A stretch of DNA of 63,969 nt, counting the filler, from Folioceros fuciformis (taxonomy: Eukaryota): the NCBI GenBank assembly GCA_049999805.1. It is 7 parts of 7 records of this genome, joined end to end, with 100 filler letters (N's around TTAATTAATTAA, not from the genome) between each part and the next. Parts side by side here need not be neighbours in the genome. Positions count along the whole stretch, not along the records: positions 45,232 to 53,556 come from JBNGIO010005896.1; positions 53,657 to 56,737 come from JBNGIO010005901.1; positions 56,838 to 61,469 come from JBNGIO010005904.1; 4 more parts are not named here. One strand, written 5' to 3'. Made by a program: the position numbers and the translations under genes. Numbering within the stretch: position 1 is the stretch's first letter; every line of letters begins with the position of its first letter. Positions 46,167-59,800 of the stretch are shown in pieces. The notes under the pieces were generated by a model. It was not told where the DNA came from. It saw nothing but the letters and a program-made list of their open reading frames with translations, and searched no databases.

Positions 46167-49129
46167 CTACCAACACACCAAGTCAGCCAAGGAGGACCTT
46201 GCCCACGGTGGTCAGTTATCCTGGTTCCTATGCATATAGGAATAATGGCCCTGGTATGCTCTTTAATGAGGATACCAAGGTGTGTGATGACGAAATATGT
46301 TGGTCTAATATAGCCCGCTTCCCGGAGCTAAGCGTAGTCTTTAGGTTAAGCATATACGCGGAATACGAACGGGCACGAAGCGTGCCCTAAAGAACCACTA
46401 CACGTCAACCGTCATACATGTTCACGGGACACGGCCATAAAAGATCTCACTCACACACATTAATTGAATTCATTCATCTTTCCTACTCTAGCCTGTCGAT
46501 CCTGTTCACGCTATGGGAGGAACCTACAGTGGAGGAGAGAACGGATAATGGGTTTTCATACTCACAGCATAGTAGCACCCCAAGCTTCCAGGGCACATAG
46601 ATTTGCAGCACTTGGCCGTGCTATAGATGTGAGTGATTTGACTTGGCTACTTAGCCTTTGTTTGGCTTTCCAGGTGTTCACCAGACCTCGGGACCAGGGT
46701 CCCCACATCCAGACCCTATCCTATCATCCGGATGTTGTTTCTACCATTCCCTAGATTTCGTTACCAATCCTATCAGCTTGATGTAGGGGGGGGAGCACAT
46801 GTCTCCCAAACTTGTTTTTGCTCCGTCGGAGCTAGATTCAGGACCAGGATTGTCAGCAGCTGTCAAACCTCCACCTATTGCGGAGGCCTTTAAGTGGATT
46901 ATGGGTCCTCAGCTAGACTCGAGGCATAAATAGCAGATTCGGGCCCTTATTTCGCAACACTCGGACTATTTTGTCTTCAGCATGAAGGATTTGAAGAGGT
47001 GCAAAGTTATGACGTTCAGGATCAACCTCAACACTACTGAGCCGGACTATACGTGCAAGTATAGGTTGAGCCAATCTAAATGGGAGATTGTGGAAGCACG
47101 CTGCCAAGAGTTGTATCAGGCTGGACTAATCAGACCTTCTAGCTCTGATTACACAGCCGCCACTGTCCTTCCACCCAAGGAGGACAACCAAGGCTTTTGG
47201 ACTAAAAAGCAAATGTGTGGGGAGAACCGCCCCATCAATGCAGCAACAACACTTGATAGGTATCCTAGGCCTACGCCGGAAGAGCTGTTCGACAACATTG
47301 GACAATCCAAATTTCTTCTCCACATTGGATCTGCAATAGGGTCTCAACCAGGTGCCAGTGGTACAAGAGGATATACCCAAGACAACATTTCATGGAGCTC
47401 ACCAGTTGTGGGAGTGGCTGGTCATGCCTTTTGGGTTCAAGAATGCACCAGCAACCTTCCAAAGAGTCATGGACAAGGTACTGGTAGGGGCCCCTCACCT
47501 TTTGTGCTACATAGATGATATGCTGGTACACAGCGTGGACTTTGACACTCATCTAATCCATCTAGAGGACCTATTTCGAAGGCTGCAAAAAGCTCAGCTA
47601 ACGTGCCACCCAGCCAAGTGTGAATTCGCCATGGATACGGTGGCCTACCTAGGTCACAGGATCCTACCATATGGTATAACACCACATGCTGCCAAGGTTC
47701 AGGCAATCCAGCAGATCCAGGCTCCAACCAATGTGTCCACTCTTAGGGCATTCTTAGGACTGTGCAACTACTACAGGGCTTTAGCAGCATTGCTAAGCCT
47801 CTGAATGATCTGTTGCGCAAGGAAACAGCTTGGGACTGGGCAGATAATTGTCAAGCTACATTTGAAAGTTTGAAAAGCAAACTAATGCAGATGCCAGTTA
47901 TGGCCAGGCCTAACTTTGCCAAGCCATTTTTTCTCCATACAAACTGGAGCACTTGGGGCTGGGAGCTGTATTAGCACAAGTGGATGCTGAAGGTCAGGAG
48001 AGGGTCATTGCCTATGCCTCAAGAAGCAACAACAGGGCATAAAGCAAACTACTCCGGCTATAAAGGGGAGCTGCTTGCAGTAGGCAATTTGTCATTTTCG
48101 GCCTAACCTATATAGGCGAAAGTTCATATTGGTGACAGATCATCAGCCCTTGAAGTGGCTGATGTCCAACATCAAGCTTAGCAGAAAGCTTGCAAGGTGG
48201 GCCATGATACTCTAAGACTATGAGTTTGAGGTGGTTCACAGGCCTGGAACTAAGCACCAGAATGCAGATGTGTTGTCACATCAGCCTGGGCAGAGTAGTG
48301 ATGACAACACTAACGCTCGCCAGGACAGTGACATGGAAGAGGCACCTAATGCTGCAGCTTTGGTAACTATGTTGTGCGTGGCACAGGGTTGCACTAACAA
48401 TCTTTTCCAACCACACAAGGATGTGTGGAGTGATGAAGTCACACTTCAGTACATGAAGACTGGACACATGGATGTTAGTCTGAATGCACACCAGCAAGAG
48501 AGGGTGAAGCAGAGAGAGCAGCTCGCTATGAGTGGAGGGATGGTTATTTGTTGAGAAGACTGACCAAAAGGAATGAACGACTGGTGCCACCACCACATAA
48601 GCATGTAGGACTGATTCATAGAGTACATGAAGACTTAGGTCACTTTGGTGTGAAGCGCAATTATAGCTTGCTTCTCCCCCATTTCCACTGGCATGGAATG
48701 TTCACACAGGTGCATGAGGAAGTAGCCAAGTGTGCTCAATTTGACAGTCAAGGCCTCCTTTAGCAACCCTCACTTAGAGTTATAGCCACTGCCCATCATG
48801 GGACTATTCTTCAGGTGGTCCTGTGACTTGGTTGGGGAATTTCTGCACACACCAAGTGGAAATGTTTATATCATGGTCATGATTGAACACTTTTCAAACT
48901 GGGTGGAGTTGGTGGCGCTGCCAGACAAGGCCTTATGCAACACAGCTCAAGCCTTCTTACACAATGTGCTTAGCCAGTTTGGGAGCAGCGCCGAGGGTTT
49001 GACTGAACAGAGGGCTGAATTCAGGGGCTAGATGCTACGCTCATTGATCATTGGCGGACCAGTCGCAATCACCCTCAGGTAGATGGATTGGCCGAGAGGA
49101 TGGTGCAAACCATCAAACGTGCATTGAGG
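46167..49129 (+). mobile_element. Degenerate Ty3/gypsy pol: C5 DNA methyltransferase C-terminus (46167-46680), then RT, RNase H and integrase
   Basis: RT KKQMCGENRPIN, MPFGFKNAPATFQR, YIDD; RNase H ERVIAYASRSNN, TDHQPLKWLM; integrase H..LGHFG..C..F, RWSCDL; upstream peptide resembles DNMT motifs IX-X. Confidence 0.85.
46280..46510. mobile_element. 231-bp solo-LTR-like insertion splitting the DNMT-like region
   Basis: Removing it joins ...FNEDTK to LWEEPTVEER in frame; ends TGTGA...TCAC(G); no clear TSD. Confidence 0.5.
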
Positions 49130-51852
49130 TGTTGAAATGGATGGACTCCACAGTACATTCCTTATGGTGCATAGGATGCTACATATATAGCCTTCAGGCG
49201 GGGCCACCTTTGATAAGGTAAGCCTTAGTCTCGAAGGTGCAATATCTTGGTATATCCTGATAACACTTAGGTGGTAGATAACTACGAATTCAATATGGGA
49301 TAATCTACACTATCCTAAGTGTTGTATGCTCTTAATAACAATTCAATTAGAGCTTGATTTCTAACACTCCCCCTCAAGCTCAGACTATTTGTAACAATCC
49401 AAGTAGTTCACGAAAGTGTAAGAACTTATCTGCTACCTGGTCTTCGGTCTTCACGTGCCAAAGATCTATCTTCTCAGATAATACCACTTCCTTGATGAAA
49501 TGATAATGTACTTCTATGTGCTTCGACCGAGCATGAAACACAAGATTAGTAGCCAACCTCATGCTACTCATGTTGTCACAGTAGATTGTGACCTCGCTGT
49601 TCACTATATTTCCAAGATCATGTACCAACTTTTGCAACCAAGCTGCTTCACAGGCTGCTATTGCAGCTCCTCGATACTCTGCTTCTGTGCTTGGCAAAGC
49701 AAATGTCGGTTGTTTCTTGCTTTGCCAGCTAATCATACTACTTCCCAGACTGAATGCATATCCACTGGTTGATCTTCTGTCATACGCACAACCAGCCCAA
49801 TTAGCATCTGTATATCCTATCAGTTCAAGATGCTTCCTATGCTCATAGAGTAATCCAAACTCAGTAGTTCCTTTCACATATCTCATGATTCTTCTAACTG
49901 CATCCAAGTGCGGTTTCCTTGGGTTCTACATGAATTGACTAATCAGTCCTACTTCATAACTTAAGTAAGGATGTGTGATAGTCAAGTAGATCAAAGTTCC
50001 AACCATCTGTTGATACATGGTCACATTTTCTAGCTCAGTTCCTCCATCCATTTGCAGCTTAACGTTCTACTCCAATGGTGTATCCATCACTTTGCAATCT
50101 GCCATGCCATACTTCTACAGCATATCCTTATCATATTGTTTTTGCAATAGCCAGATTCCTTGAGGTGTAGACACAACCTCAATTCCTAAGAAGCATCTGA
50201 GTTCACCAAGATCCTTCACCTTGAACTCTTTTTGCAGATTCGCCTTGACATCTGTAATACCATCTGCATTATCTTCTGTGATGATCAAGTCCTTAACATA
50301 AACGACAAGACACACTTGTCCTACCTTGGTTTGTTTTACAAATAGACTGTGATCTGCGTCTCCAATCACAAACCCTCGCTCCTTCAAATAGCTTGTGATA
50401 CAAGCATTCCATGCTCTAGGTGCCTGTTTGAGTCCATACAATGCCTTCTTCAATTTGCATACGTACGTTGGAAACTTAGGATGAACATAGCCTGCAGTCT
50501 ATTCCACGTACACTTCCTCCTGCAACTCACCATTCAAGAAAGCATTCGTGACATCCATTTTCCATAACTTCCATCCTTTAGCTGCTGCTAATGCTATGAC
50601 TGTCCTTACAGTTGTCATCTTGGCTACTAGACTAAAGGTTTCCTCATAATCAAGACCATACTGTTGTGCATATCCCTTTGCAACCAACCTGGCCTTGTAA
50701 CGCTCCAGCATTCCATCTGACTTGAACTTCAGCTTGTACACCCACTTAGAACCAATAGGAACCTTGCCATCAGGCAATTGAACCAAATCCCACATTCCGT
50801 TCTCAACTAATACTAAGTATTCTTCATCCATGGCTTGACACCACTTATCATCTGTCACTTCCTCAGCAAACTTGGTTGGCTCCTTACAAGCTGTGCAAGA
50901 TATTAGGCCCGGATATTAGGCCCTTGTCATATACGCATAATGTTGCATATTGTAGCTTGTATAGGTGTACCTGTGAATGGGTCTCCTTGGTCTTAGTTCA
51001 GTTTGAACCTGCCTTATATATCATTGCTCCTTAGCACCTGCCGTTTCCACAAACGGAATGCCAACCTCACTGTCAATGCTCTCACTACTTGAGGATTCAT
51101 ATCCCTCATTTCCAATTTTGCTGCTTTCTACTCTCCCCCTCACTGACATGTCCGGGTCAGTGGTCTTGGGTTTACCATTCCGCAGTCTTCTAGACCATGG
51201 ATTCACCGTTGGTGATCCACCATTGGTCACATCCTCACTCTTTGCTGGAGTACTCTTAACAGTACTCTCCCCTGTGGGTTTGTCATAGGGTAGTGCAACT
51301 GAGTTGCTATACCAGGAGGCTAACTCATCAAATACCACATCCCTGCTTATCAAGATCTCATGTGTGGATGGCACATAACACTTATCTGCCTTCCTATTTC
51401 GTGCATACCCCAGAAAAACACTCTTCACTACTTTAGGATCCAGCTTCCTACGCTTCTCATCAGGTACATGCACATATGCTATGCACCCAAACACTTTAAA
51501 GTGCCTAATATCCGGCTTATAGCCATATAGTCTCTCAATTGGTGTAGCATCATGAATTCCTGCCGTAGGAGTTTGATTTAGTACATACACTGCTGTCATC
51601 ACTGCTTCTGCCCAATAATCATTAGGTAACCACTTCTCATTCAGCATTGCCCTTGCTGTTTCCATGACTACCCTGTTCTTCCTCTCTGCAACACCATTCT
51701 GCTGAGGTGTGTATTTGCAAGTCAGCTGTCTTCGTATACCATGATATGGAAGATACCTGTCAAACTCATTTGAGACATATTCTCCCCCTCCATCCGATCT
51801 CAGTCCTTGAAAGACTCGAACACTTCATCCTTATGCTTCAATATGTACAGCC
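49130..51852 (-). mobile_element. Ty1/copia family B, 3' part (3' LTR 49130-49366, RNase H, RT, integrase), inserted in the gypsy integrase
   Basis: TG...CA LTR followed by PPT reverse complement CTCCCCCTCAAG; motifs [35 protein letters not shown]. Confidence 0.9.
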
Positions 51853-53556
51853 TGTAGGATCACTAGAGGAGCATGGTGGAGGAGAGGAGGCAGAGAGGAG
51901 AGGAGAAAAAGAGGTCACATTGAGAGTGATTGGCAAGGGAGCTCAAGGGGGTATTTATACCCTCTAGAAGAGCTCCCTAGGAAGCTTCACAAGAAGCTCA
52001 CAGGAAGCTGCGCAAGAAGCTTCCTACAGATTAGCTTAAGCTAATCTAAACTAATGATACTTAACTAGACACTAATCTTAGACTAAACACATTAGCCTAA
52101 GCACATTGGGCTTTAATAACCCTACAACCTCCCACTTAAAGGCCAATTTACCTTCATAAGAGAGTGGTCTAGCTCATGCCCATGAGTGTCCGAGCTTGTG
52201 CGAATTGCTCCGTAGAGAGCCCCTTGGTAAGAACATCTGCAGGGTTCTGACTAGTGTGAACTTTGACAAGCTGTACCCTCTTGTCTTCCAACACCTCTCG
52301 AATGAAGTGATACTTCACTTCCACATGTTTGGTCTTCGCATGAAACACTGGATTCTTCGCCAACTGGATAGCACTCTGGCTATCACAATGCAACACTGGC
52401 AGCTCACCCTTGATCCCCAAATCTCCCACTAAACGAGCAAGCCACATGGCTTCCTTGCAAGCCTCAGTCGCTGCAACATACTCGGCCTCTGTGGTAGATA
52501 GCGTTATGCACGATTGCAAACGAGATCGCCATGAGACTGCCCCTCCAGTGCACATGAAGACATAACCTGATGTGGACCTCCTTTTGTCCATATCCCCTGC
52601 ATAATCAGCATCCGTATATCCCACTACAGATGCATCTTCACTACCAAAACATAAGCACAAAGCTTTTGTACCATTCAAATACCTCATAACTCCTTTCACT
52701 GCCTCCCAATGCTTCCTGCCAGGGTTTGACATGAACCTGCTAACCACTCCCACTGCAAAAGCAATGTCAGGACGTGTAGCAATCATTGCATACATCAAAC
52801 TCCCTACAGCTGATGAGTATGGAACCTTCTCCATTTCAGCTTTATCCTCCGCAAAACTTGGGCAATCCTTGCTCGAAAGTTTCACATATGGAGGCAACGG
52901 AGTACTTAAGACCTTCCCCTTCTCCATATTGAAACGTTCAAGCACCTTGTTAATGTATTCTGTCTAAGATAAGTACATCAAACGCTTCTGTCTGTCTCGA
53001 CAAATACGCATGCCAAGAATATGGCTTGCCTCCCCCAAGTCTGTCATGTCAAAGCGACCATTCAACTTTGACTGCAACGCTGAAATCTCATCAATGTTAG
53101 TCCCAGCAATTAGCATATCATCCACATAGAGGACTAGAATGAGCAGGCTTCCATCCTTAGCTTGCTTCATATAGAGGCAATGATCCATATCGCTACGCTT
53201 GTAGCCTTGAGAAAGCATAAATGAGTGGAACTTGAAATACCACTCCCTGGGTGCCTGCTTCAAACCATAAAGGCTCTTCTTTAACTTGCACACCAGACTC
53301 TCTTTGCCCTTCTCAATGAAACCCTCTGGTTACTGCATGTATACCTCTTCCTGGAGATCACCATGCGAAATGCCGACTTCACATCTATCTGGACAAGTTC
53401 CATGTCGTTCCTCGCAACCAGACCAAGAATACATCTCAAGGTAGTCATTTTGACAACTGGTGAGAAAATCTCATCAAAGTCAATACCTTGCTGTTGCTTA
53501 AAACCTTTAGCAACCAATCGTGCCTTGTACTTGGGTTTGCCATAATGGGGTATGTC
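51853..53556 (-). mobile_element. Ty1/copia family A, 3' part (3' LTR 51853-52126, RNase H, RT), inserted in the family B integrase
   Basis: LTR homologous to the 14099 and 26047 LTRs; PPT AAGTGGGAGG; LYVDDMLI, YTDADYAGD, STTEAEY. Confidence 0.93.
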
Positions 53557-53656
53557 NNNNNNNNNNNNNNNNNNNNNNNNNNNNNNNNNNNNNNNNNNNN
53601 TTAATTAATTAANNNNNNNNNNNNNNNNNNNNNNNNNNNNNNNNNNNNNNNNNNNN

Positions 53657-54547
53657 TCCTGTACGATCTGGTTAATACTGTCACTGGCCATTCTTGCCAC
53701 CACTCAAGGTTGACACTCAATCCTTTCTTGAGTACTCACACCTGATAAATGTCTGAAAGAACCAGACTGCTTCTGACTGGAGTTTTACTCACAAGACCTT
53801 AAGTCTCTTCTTCCTAAGAGCAATCTGGTGCGGAATCACGGTGCCTTGCGTGAACCAGATTGTCTCATGCTCCGTGTCCTTACAGACTCTTGACTGTCTG
53901 CCCACAAAGCTCCCGTGAGATTTCCTGTCAATTCCTTTCCTGCTGCCAAGCTAGGGTTAGCACACTTTCTTGCAGCTGCTGAGGCTATTGCAGCTGTTGC
54001 CTCCACTTGTCAGCCCTTCCACAGAGCTCTGGGGATCAACAGCTAGTCCAGTAAGCTGACAGGGCCTTGTCGCCCTTCTCCTCACTTCCTGCACACACCG
54101 ATATGAGAGTTAGCTACCGGGACGCTTGCTGCCGATCTCCCTCCAAGCTGCTCCAACTTCTCGTAGCTGCTCTAGCTTCTGGTGTGCACTCTTGCTGCCT
54201 CTTGCAGCACCTCCTACGCCGATCTTGCACCGCCTGCACCGAGCTCTGATACCATGTCAATAGGATCGACTCCAGTCTACGTGCAAGTGTAGGAGAGGAG
54301 AGGAGAGAAGAGAGGGTGGTATTGGTGATCACAACCATGAAAACAATACACATCACCACTGTCTTACTATGGAGGTCCGAGGTTTCCATTTAAGTAGTAC
54401 ATTTAGGGCTACACAACTTCCAGGTTCAATATGGGATAATCTACACTATCCTAAGTTCACTAATAACTAGAACTAGTCTAGTATGAACCCAACTGGGATA
54501 ACTAACACCACATGAGTTTAGCTCATATAGAGCTCGATAACTCAACA
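53657..54547 (-). mobile_element. 5' LTR (about 54255-54547), PBS (54243-54254) and leader of a family-B-related copia
   Basis: GCTCTGATACCA then TG; shares TTCAATATGGGATAATCTACACTATCCTAAGT with the LTR at 49130-49366; LTR outer end uncertain. Confidence 0.7.
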
Positions 54548-54789
54548 AGAAAGCCCTTAGTACAGGCGTGCTCCTAGTGGGTGGGAAGCCTAGTGATGGT
54601 TATGTTGGCAGAGAGGGTGGGTTGTCACTTCTGATGCCAAGCCTACAAGGTGCTCATTCAGGGGCACTAGAGGGGTAGTTTTTCCGGGTNNNNNNNNNNN
54701 NNNNNNNNNNNNNNNNNNNNNNNNNNNNNNNNNNNNNNNNNNNNNNNNNNNNNNNNNNNNNNNNNNNNNNNNNNNNNNNNNNNNNNNNN

Positions 54790-56737
54790 CATTGGCTTAG
54801 TAAATATATCGGCTATCTGCTCGTCTGTGTTGACATACACAAGATCAATAGCTCCAGATAAAATCCTTTCGCGAAGAAAATGATAATGTATTTCAATGTG
54901 TTTTGTCCTGGCATGAAACACTGGGTTTCGCGCCAACTGTATGCTGCTAAGATTGTCACAGTAGATAACAACCTTGTCGTTGACCTGCAATCCAAAATCT
55001 CCGAGTAACTTACAAATCCAAGTCACTTCACACGCTGCCATTGCTGCGCCTCTGTATTCAGCTTCTGTACTAGACAAAGCCACTATAGGCTGCTTCTTGC
55101 TACTCCATGTAATTGCTGCACTCCCAAGTGAAAAAATGAATCCACTTGTAGATCTACGATCAGTAACACTGCCTGCCCAATCTGCATCTGTGTACCCATA
55201 CAGGTTTATTTCTAAATCTGCAACATAAAAGAGAGCATGATCCATAGTTGCCTTCACATAGCGCAACGTTCGCCTTACTGCATCCAAATGTGGCTTTCTT
55301 GGCGCCTGCATAAACTGACTTTGCAATCCCACTGTATAGTTCAAATCTGGTCGGGATAGAGTGAGATATATCAAGCTACCCACAATCTTCCTGTACATTG
55401 TTGGATCTTCAAGTGCTTCACCATCATGAGCACTGAGCTTTAGATTTTGATCCAAAGGAATCGAGATTGGCTTGCACTCAACCATACCATACTTAGTTAG
55501 TACATCCAACGCATACTTCCGCTGTGACAGCCAAATGCCTGTGTTGGTTTGTATAATTTCAATGCCCAAAAAGAACCTCAGTTCACCTAGGTCCGCCATC
55601 TTGAACTCTTGTTGTAGAAGTTCCTTGATCTGCTCCACTTGATCCAACTGATTACCTCCAATGATTAGATCATCCACATAAATGGTCACAAAGACCAGTC
55701 ATTTTGTACTTTTGCACACATACAACGAATGATCCGCATCTGCCATGTTGAATCCGATGTGAATCAGATGCTGAGCAAGACGCTCATGCCAAGCCCTCGG
55801 GGCTTGCTTCAGTCCGTACAACGTTTTTTTCAGCTTGCACACATGATTTGGATGATCCAAATCCTCATAACCTGGTGGCTGGTCCATGTATACTTCTTCC
55901 AGCAAATCTCCATGTAAAAACGCATTCTTCACATCCATATGATGTAGGACCCAACCTTTCGATGCCGCTAGTGCGATCACGGTTCGAATTGTTGCCATTT
56001 TGGCAACTGGACTGAACGTCTCCTCAAAATCTATTCCACATGTCTGGGCATATCCCTTGGCCACAAGCCTTGCCTTGTACCTGTTGATACTACCATCTGC
56101 ATTGTGTTTGACCTTGTACACCCATTTGCAACCTATTGGTTTTTTGCCTTCAGGTAATTGTACTAGGTCCCATGTTGCATTCTGATTTAACGCATTCATT
56201 TCTTCATCCATAGCATGTTCCCACTTTGTGTCTCCAATAGCTTCTTCAAAGCTTCTTGGTTCCACATCCTGTACAACCTTTGCCATATAGGCATGGTGCC
56301 TAGCTACATAGCTATCATAGGTCAACCGCTGTATTGGAACCTTCTGCCTTCCAGATCTCCGTGGGATTGAACCACTTCCAGGGGTTGATTGAACCTCTTT
56401 TGCACCAGGTGTTTCGATTTTCGGTACACCGAATTCCTCATCCAAGCTCTGCTCAGAGTCGCTTGAATCATCCGCACCTGCACTTAGGTCTGGTATCTTT
56501 GAATCCTGGACTTTTTCCTTCCCTTTGCGAGACACAGCTGTGGAGCTCGTAGGACTCACACTACCTCGCAACCTGCCACTCCATGGATTCTGAACATTTG
56601 TCGAGTTTGATGACGCTTGCGGTCCACTCAACACTTGTGATTGTTGACCTGCATTGCTTGTTACCTCAGTTTCAAGCACATCAGCTACACTACTTCCTTG
56701 TACTTCAAAGTACCAGCTACCCATTTCATCAAAGACT
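54790..56737 (-). mobile_element. Ty1/copia family-B-related RT/RNase H
   Basis: [32 protein letters not shown]; linker NPWSGRLR shared with ORF 51021-51665. Confidence 0.92.
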
Positions 56738-56837
56738 NNNNNNNNNNNNNNNNNNNNNNNNNNNNNNNNNNNNNNNNNNNNTTAATTAATTAANNNNNNN
56801 NNNNNNNNNNNNNNNNNNNNNNNNNNNNNNNNNNNNN

Positions 56838-59800
56838 TATTTGGGCATTACGTATGCGAGGAGCATTAAGACAAAGAGCATTATGGGGTATCGTTGATGG
56901 ATCCATAACAAGACCAAGGTCTCATGAAGAACGTGAACTTCAGATTTCCTAGGACGCCAGGGATGAGAAGGCACAAGATTTATTGATAAGTGGACTCTCT
57001 CAACAAATGGTTAGGCATGTTGCACATGCAAAAACATCTCATGAAATGTGGTCTCACCTTGCTCAATTATATTCATCACAAGATGTAATGAGTATTGTGG
57101 CAGCCTCTCGTAATTTCCGTAACTTGTCTATGAAAGAATCCGATACAATTGAACATCATATTAATGCTTTCAGACAAGCACGCTCCCAAGTTGAATCTGC
57201 GACTAGTGTTCCTATATCAAAGATGGAAGCTTATGTCACTCTTCTGTCTTCATTGCCTTCCTCCTATCGTCCATTCATCACTACTCAAAACGCAGTTATA
57301 CGTAATTCACGGAGAATTGCAGATGATGGCACAAAAGGGTTTGACATAAGTGTTTCTGAATTGATCGAAGCACTTCTTCAGGAGGAGGCAAGTAGGCGCC
57401 ATACTCACTCCAGGCCTAATAAACAACAAGTAATGTACTTGCAGAGAGGCAGAGGAAGAGGACGAGGCAGAGGCAGAGGCCGAGGTTTCTCTTCCCAGCG
57501 TCCTCTATATTCTTCGCCAAGTACAAACATTGGAGAAAGCTCTTCATCCACACCTTCAAAGGGTAAAAAGAAGAGCGGCATCATATGCAATTGGTGTAGG
57601 ATCCCTAATCATATGGAAAAGGACTGTCGCAAAAAGAAGAATGGTGAACCTCGCAAGGAGGCTTCACATGGAGTTAATGTAGCATCCAAAAAGCAAACTT
57701 CATCAACTCCAACAGTGCTCACTGTATGTTTGGCATCATCCAAGCCTGCTAATACCTCATGGTATTTAGACTGTGGAGCAACATCACATAGATGTTACAA
57801 CAAAAGTTATTTCCAATCATACTCACCAACCACAGGACATCAATCTATCCTCTTGGGAGATGATCACAACCCGCCTATCGAAGGTATTGGTTCTGTTGTA
57901 CTGACATGTGATTCTGGACAAGTCCTTCACCTCCACCAAGTCCTCCATGTTCCATCAATGTGCAAGAATTTATTATCAGTTGCAAGTATCTGTCAAATCC
58001 ATTCTATGCAAGTGACCCTCTTTACAGATAGTTGCTTTCTCTCTTACGTAGGTGATAGCAATCATATCATTTGTAGTGGTACTTTAGAAGATGGCCTTTA
58101 TAAATTGTCGTCCTAGTAGGAGGTCAACAATCTGCTCATGTCGCCAGTTCTTCGCCTCAAAGTCCCTCTCCCACAATGTTATGGCATTGTCGTCTTGGTC
58201 ATCCAAATAGTCAAAAATTAGTACAAATGTCTAAGGCAGGAAATTTATACCGCACACCCTGCCTCTCTCACATTCAACACGTCTCATGGTGTGAAACTTG
58301 TGTCATTACCAAAAGACATCAAGCCCCCTTTAAGAACATCTCCCCACAGAGGGCGAAATGTCCTCTAGAGCTTGTTCATACATATATTCGTGGCCCTATC
58401 TCTACACCTTCTTTCAGTGGTAGCAGATATTTTATGACCTTCATCGACGACTACTCTCGGTTTACCCTTACCTATATCTTAAGTCATAAAGGAGATGTTT
58501 ATCGTTACTTCCAGGACTATATGGTATGGGCTGAGAGGCTAACTGAGAAGAAACTCAAAACCTTACGTTCTGATAATGGTGGCGAATTCACTTCCAATCA
58601 ATTTACGGATTTTTGTCGCCTTTGCGGTATTGCTCAACAACTTACTGTTGTTTATACTCCGCAACAAAATGGCGTAGCTGAAAATAAAAATCTACGTCTT
58701 CAAGAGATTACTAGCTGCCTGTTAAACCAAGCAAAGTTACCGAAGGTATACTGGGCCGAAGCACTCCTCACATCCACATATCTCATGAATCGACTGCCCA
58801 CTTCAGCAGTCCAAGATATGACACCTTATAAAGCCTTTATAGGCAGAAAGCCCTCCATAGAACACCTCCGCATTTTTGGATCTCCGGCATATGTATTTGT
58901 CCCCAAGGCATTAAGAAGGAAGGTCGACCCAAAGGCCGTAAAATATACCTTTATTGGTTATTCAGAAGGAATCAAGGGTTATAAATTGTTTGATCCTTTT
59001 ACTAAGAAGCTTCTCTATGCTCGCAGCGTCACTTTTCATGAACATTCCCTATTTTCATCTTCAGTGGGAGATGTTTTGTCTCCTCACCTTTCATCTAAAG
59101 ATATAGAATATGAATGTTCTTCCTTTGATGCTAGTGACTATATTGTGGATTTTCCTGATCCCGCTCTCCAACTTCCCTTCGATGGACCTGTCATGCAGGA
59201 GGAGGAATTAGGACCTGAACGGCGTCCTGACACACCCGCATCCGACACCGACACAGCGGAGGAGGAGGAGCAATTTCCACATTCATCTGATCCCATTGAG
59301 GCCATTTCGGAAAATGCAGTACCTCCTGTTTTAGAAGACAATGATCAGTTGGAAGCTGATGATGTTGAAGAAATGGACCCTTTAGAACATGAAGATGAAC
59401 TAGTTCCTGTGAAAGATACACTTGCACCAAGGTACAACCTTAGATCACGTCCACTAATCTTCGGCCCTGCTGGTTGAAAAGAACCTCCTTTGGGATATCT
59501 TGCTATTTTTCCTGATTCTAACTTTCCTGAGTCTCTTTATAATCAAGCTGTGTATGCAGCCACTGTAGACTTAGAAGAGCCCCTTACCCTAAAACAAGCC
59601 TTCTCCTCTCCCTCCAAACATCTATGGAAGGCAGCTGTAGACTCAGAGTATAATTCCCTTATTAGTAATTCTACATGGAAATTAGTTGAACCTCCTAAGG
59701 GTAGAAAAATAGTAACCAGCAAATGGGTATTTAAGATAAAGAGAAAAGGAGATGGATCGGTGGAAAGGTATAAAGCACGTCTAGTTGCTAGAGGTTTTAC

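Noticed and set aside
46280-46510. The 231-bp insert as a spliceosomal intron of the DNMT-like region
   Set aside because: It starts with GT but ends in ACG, and the nearest AG gives the wrong phase
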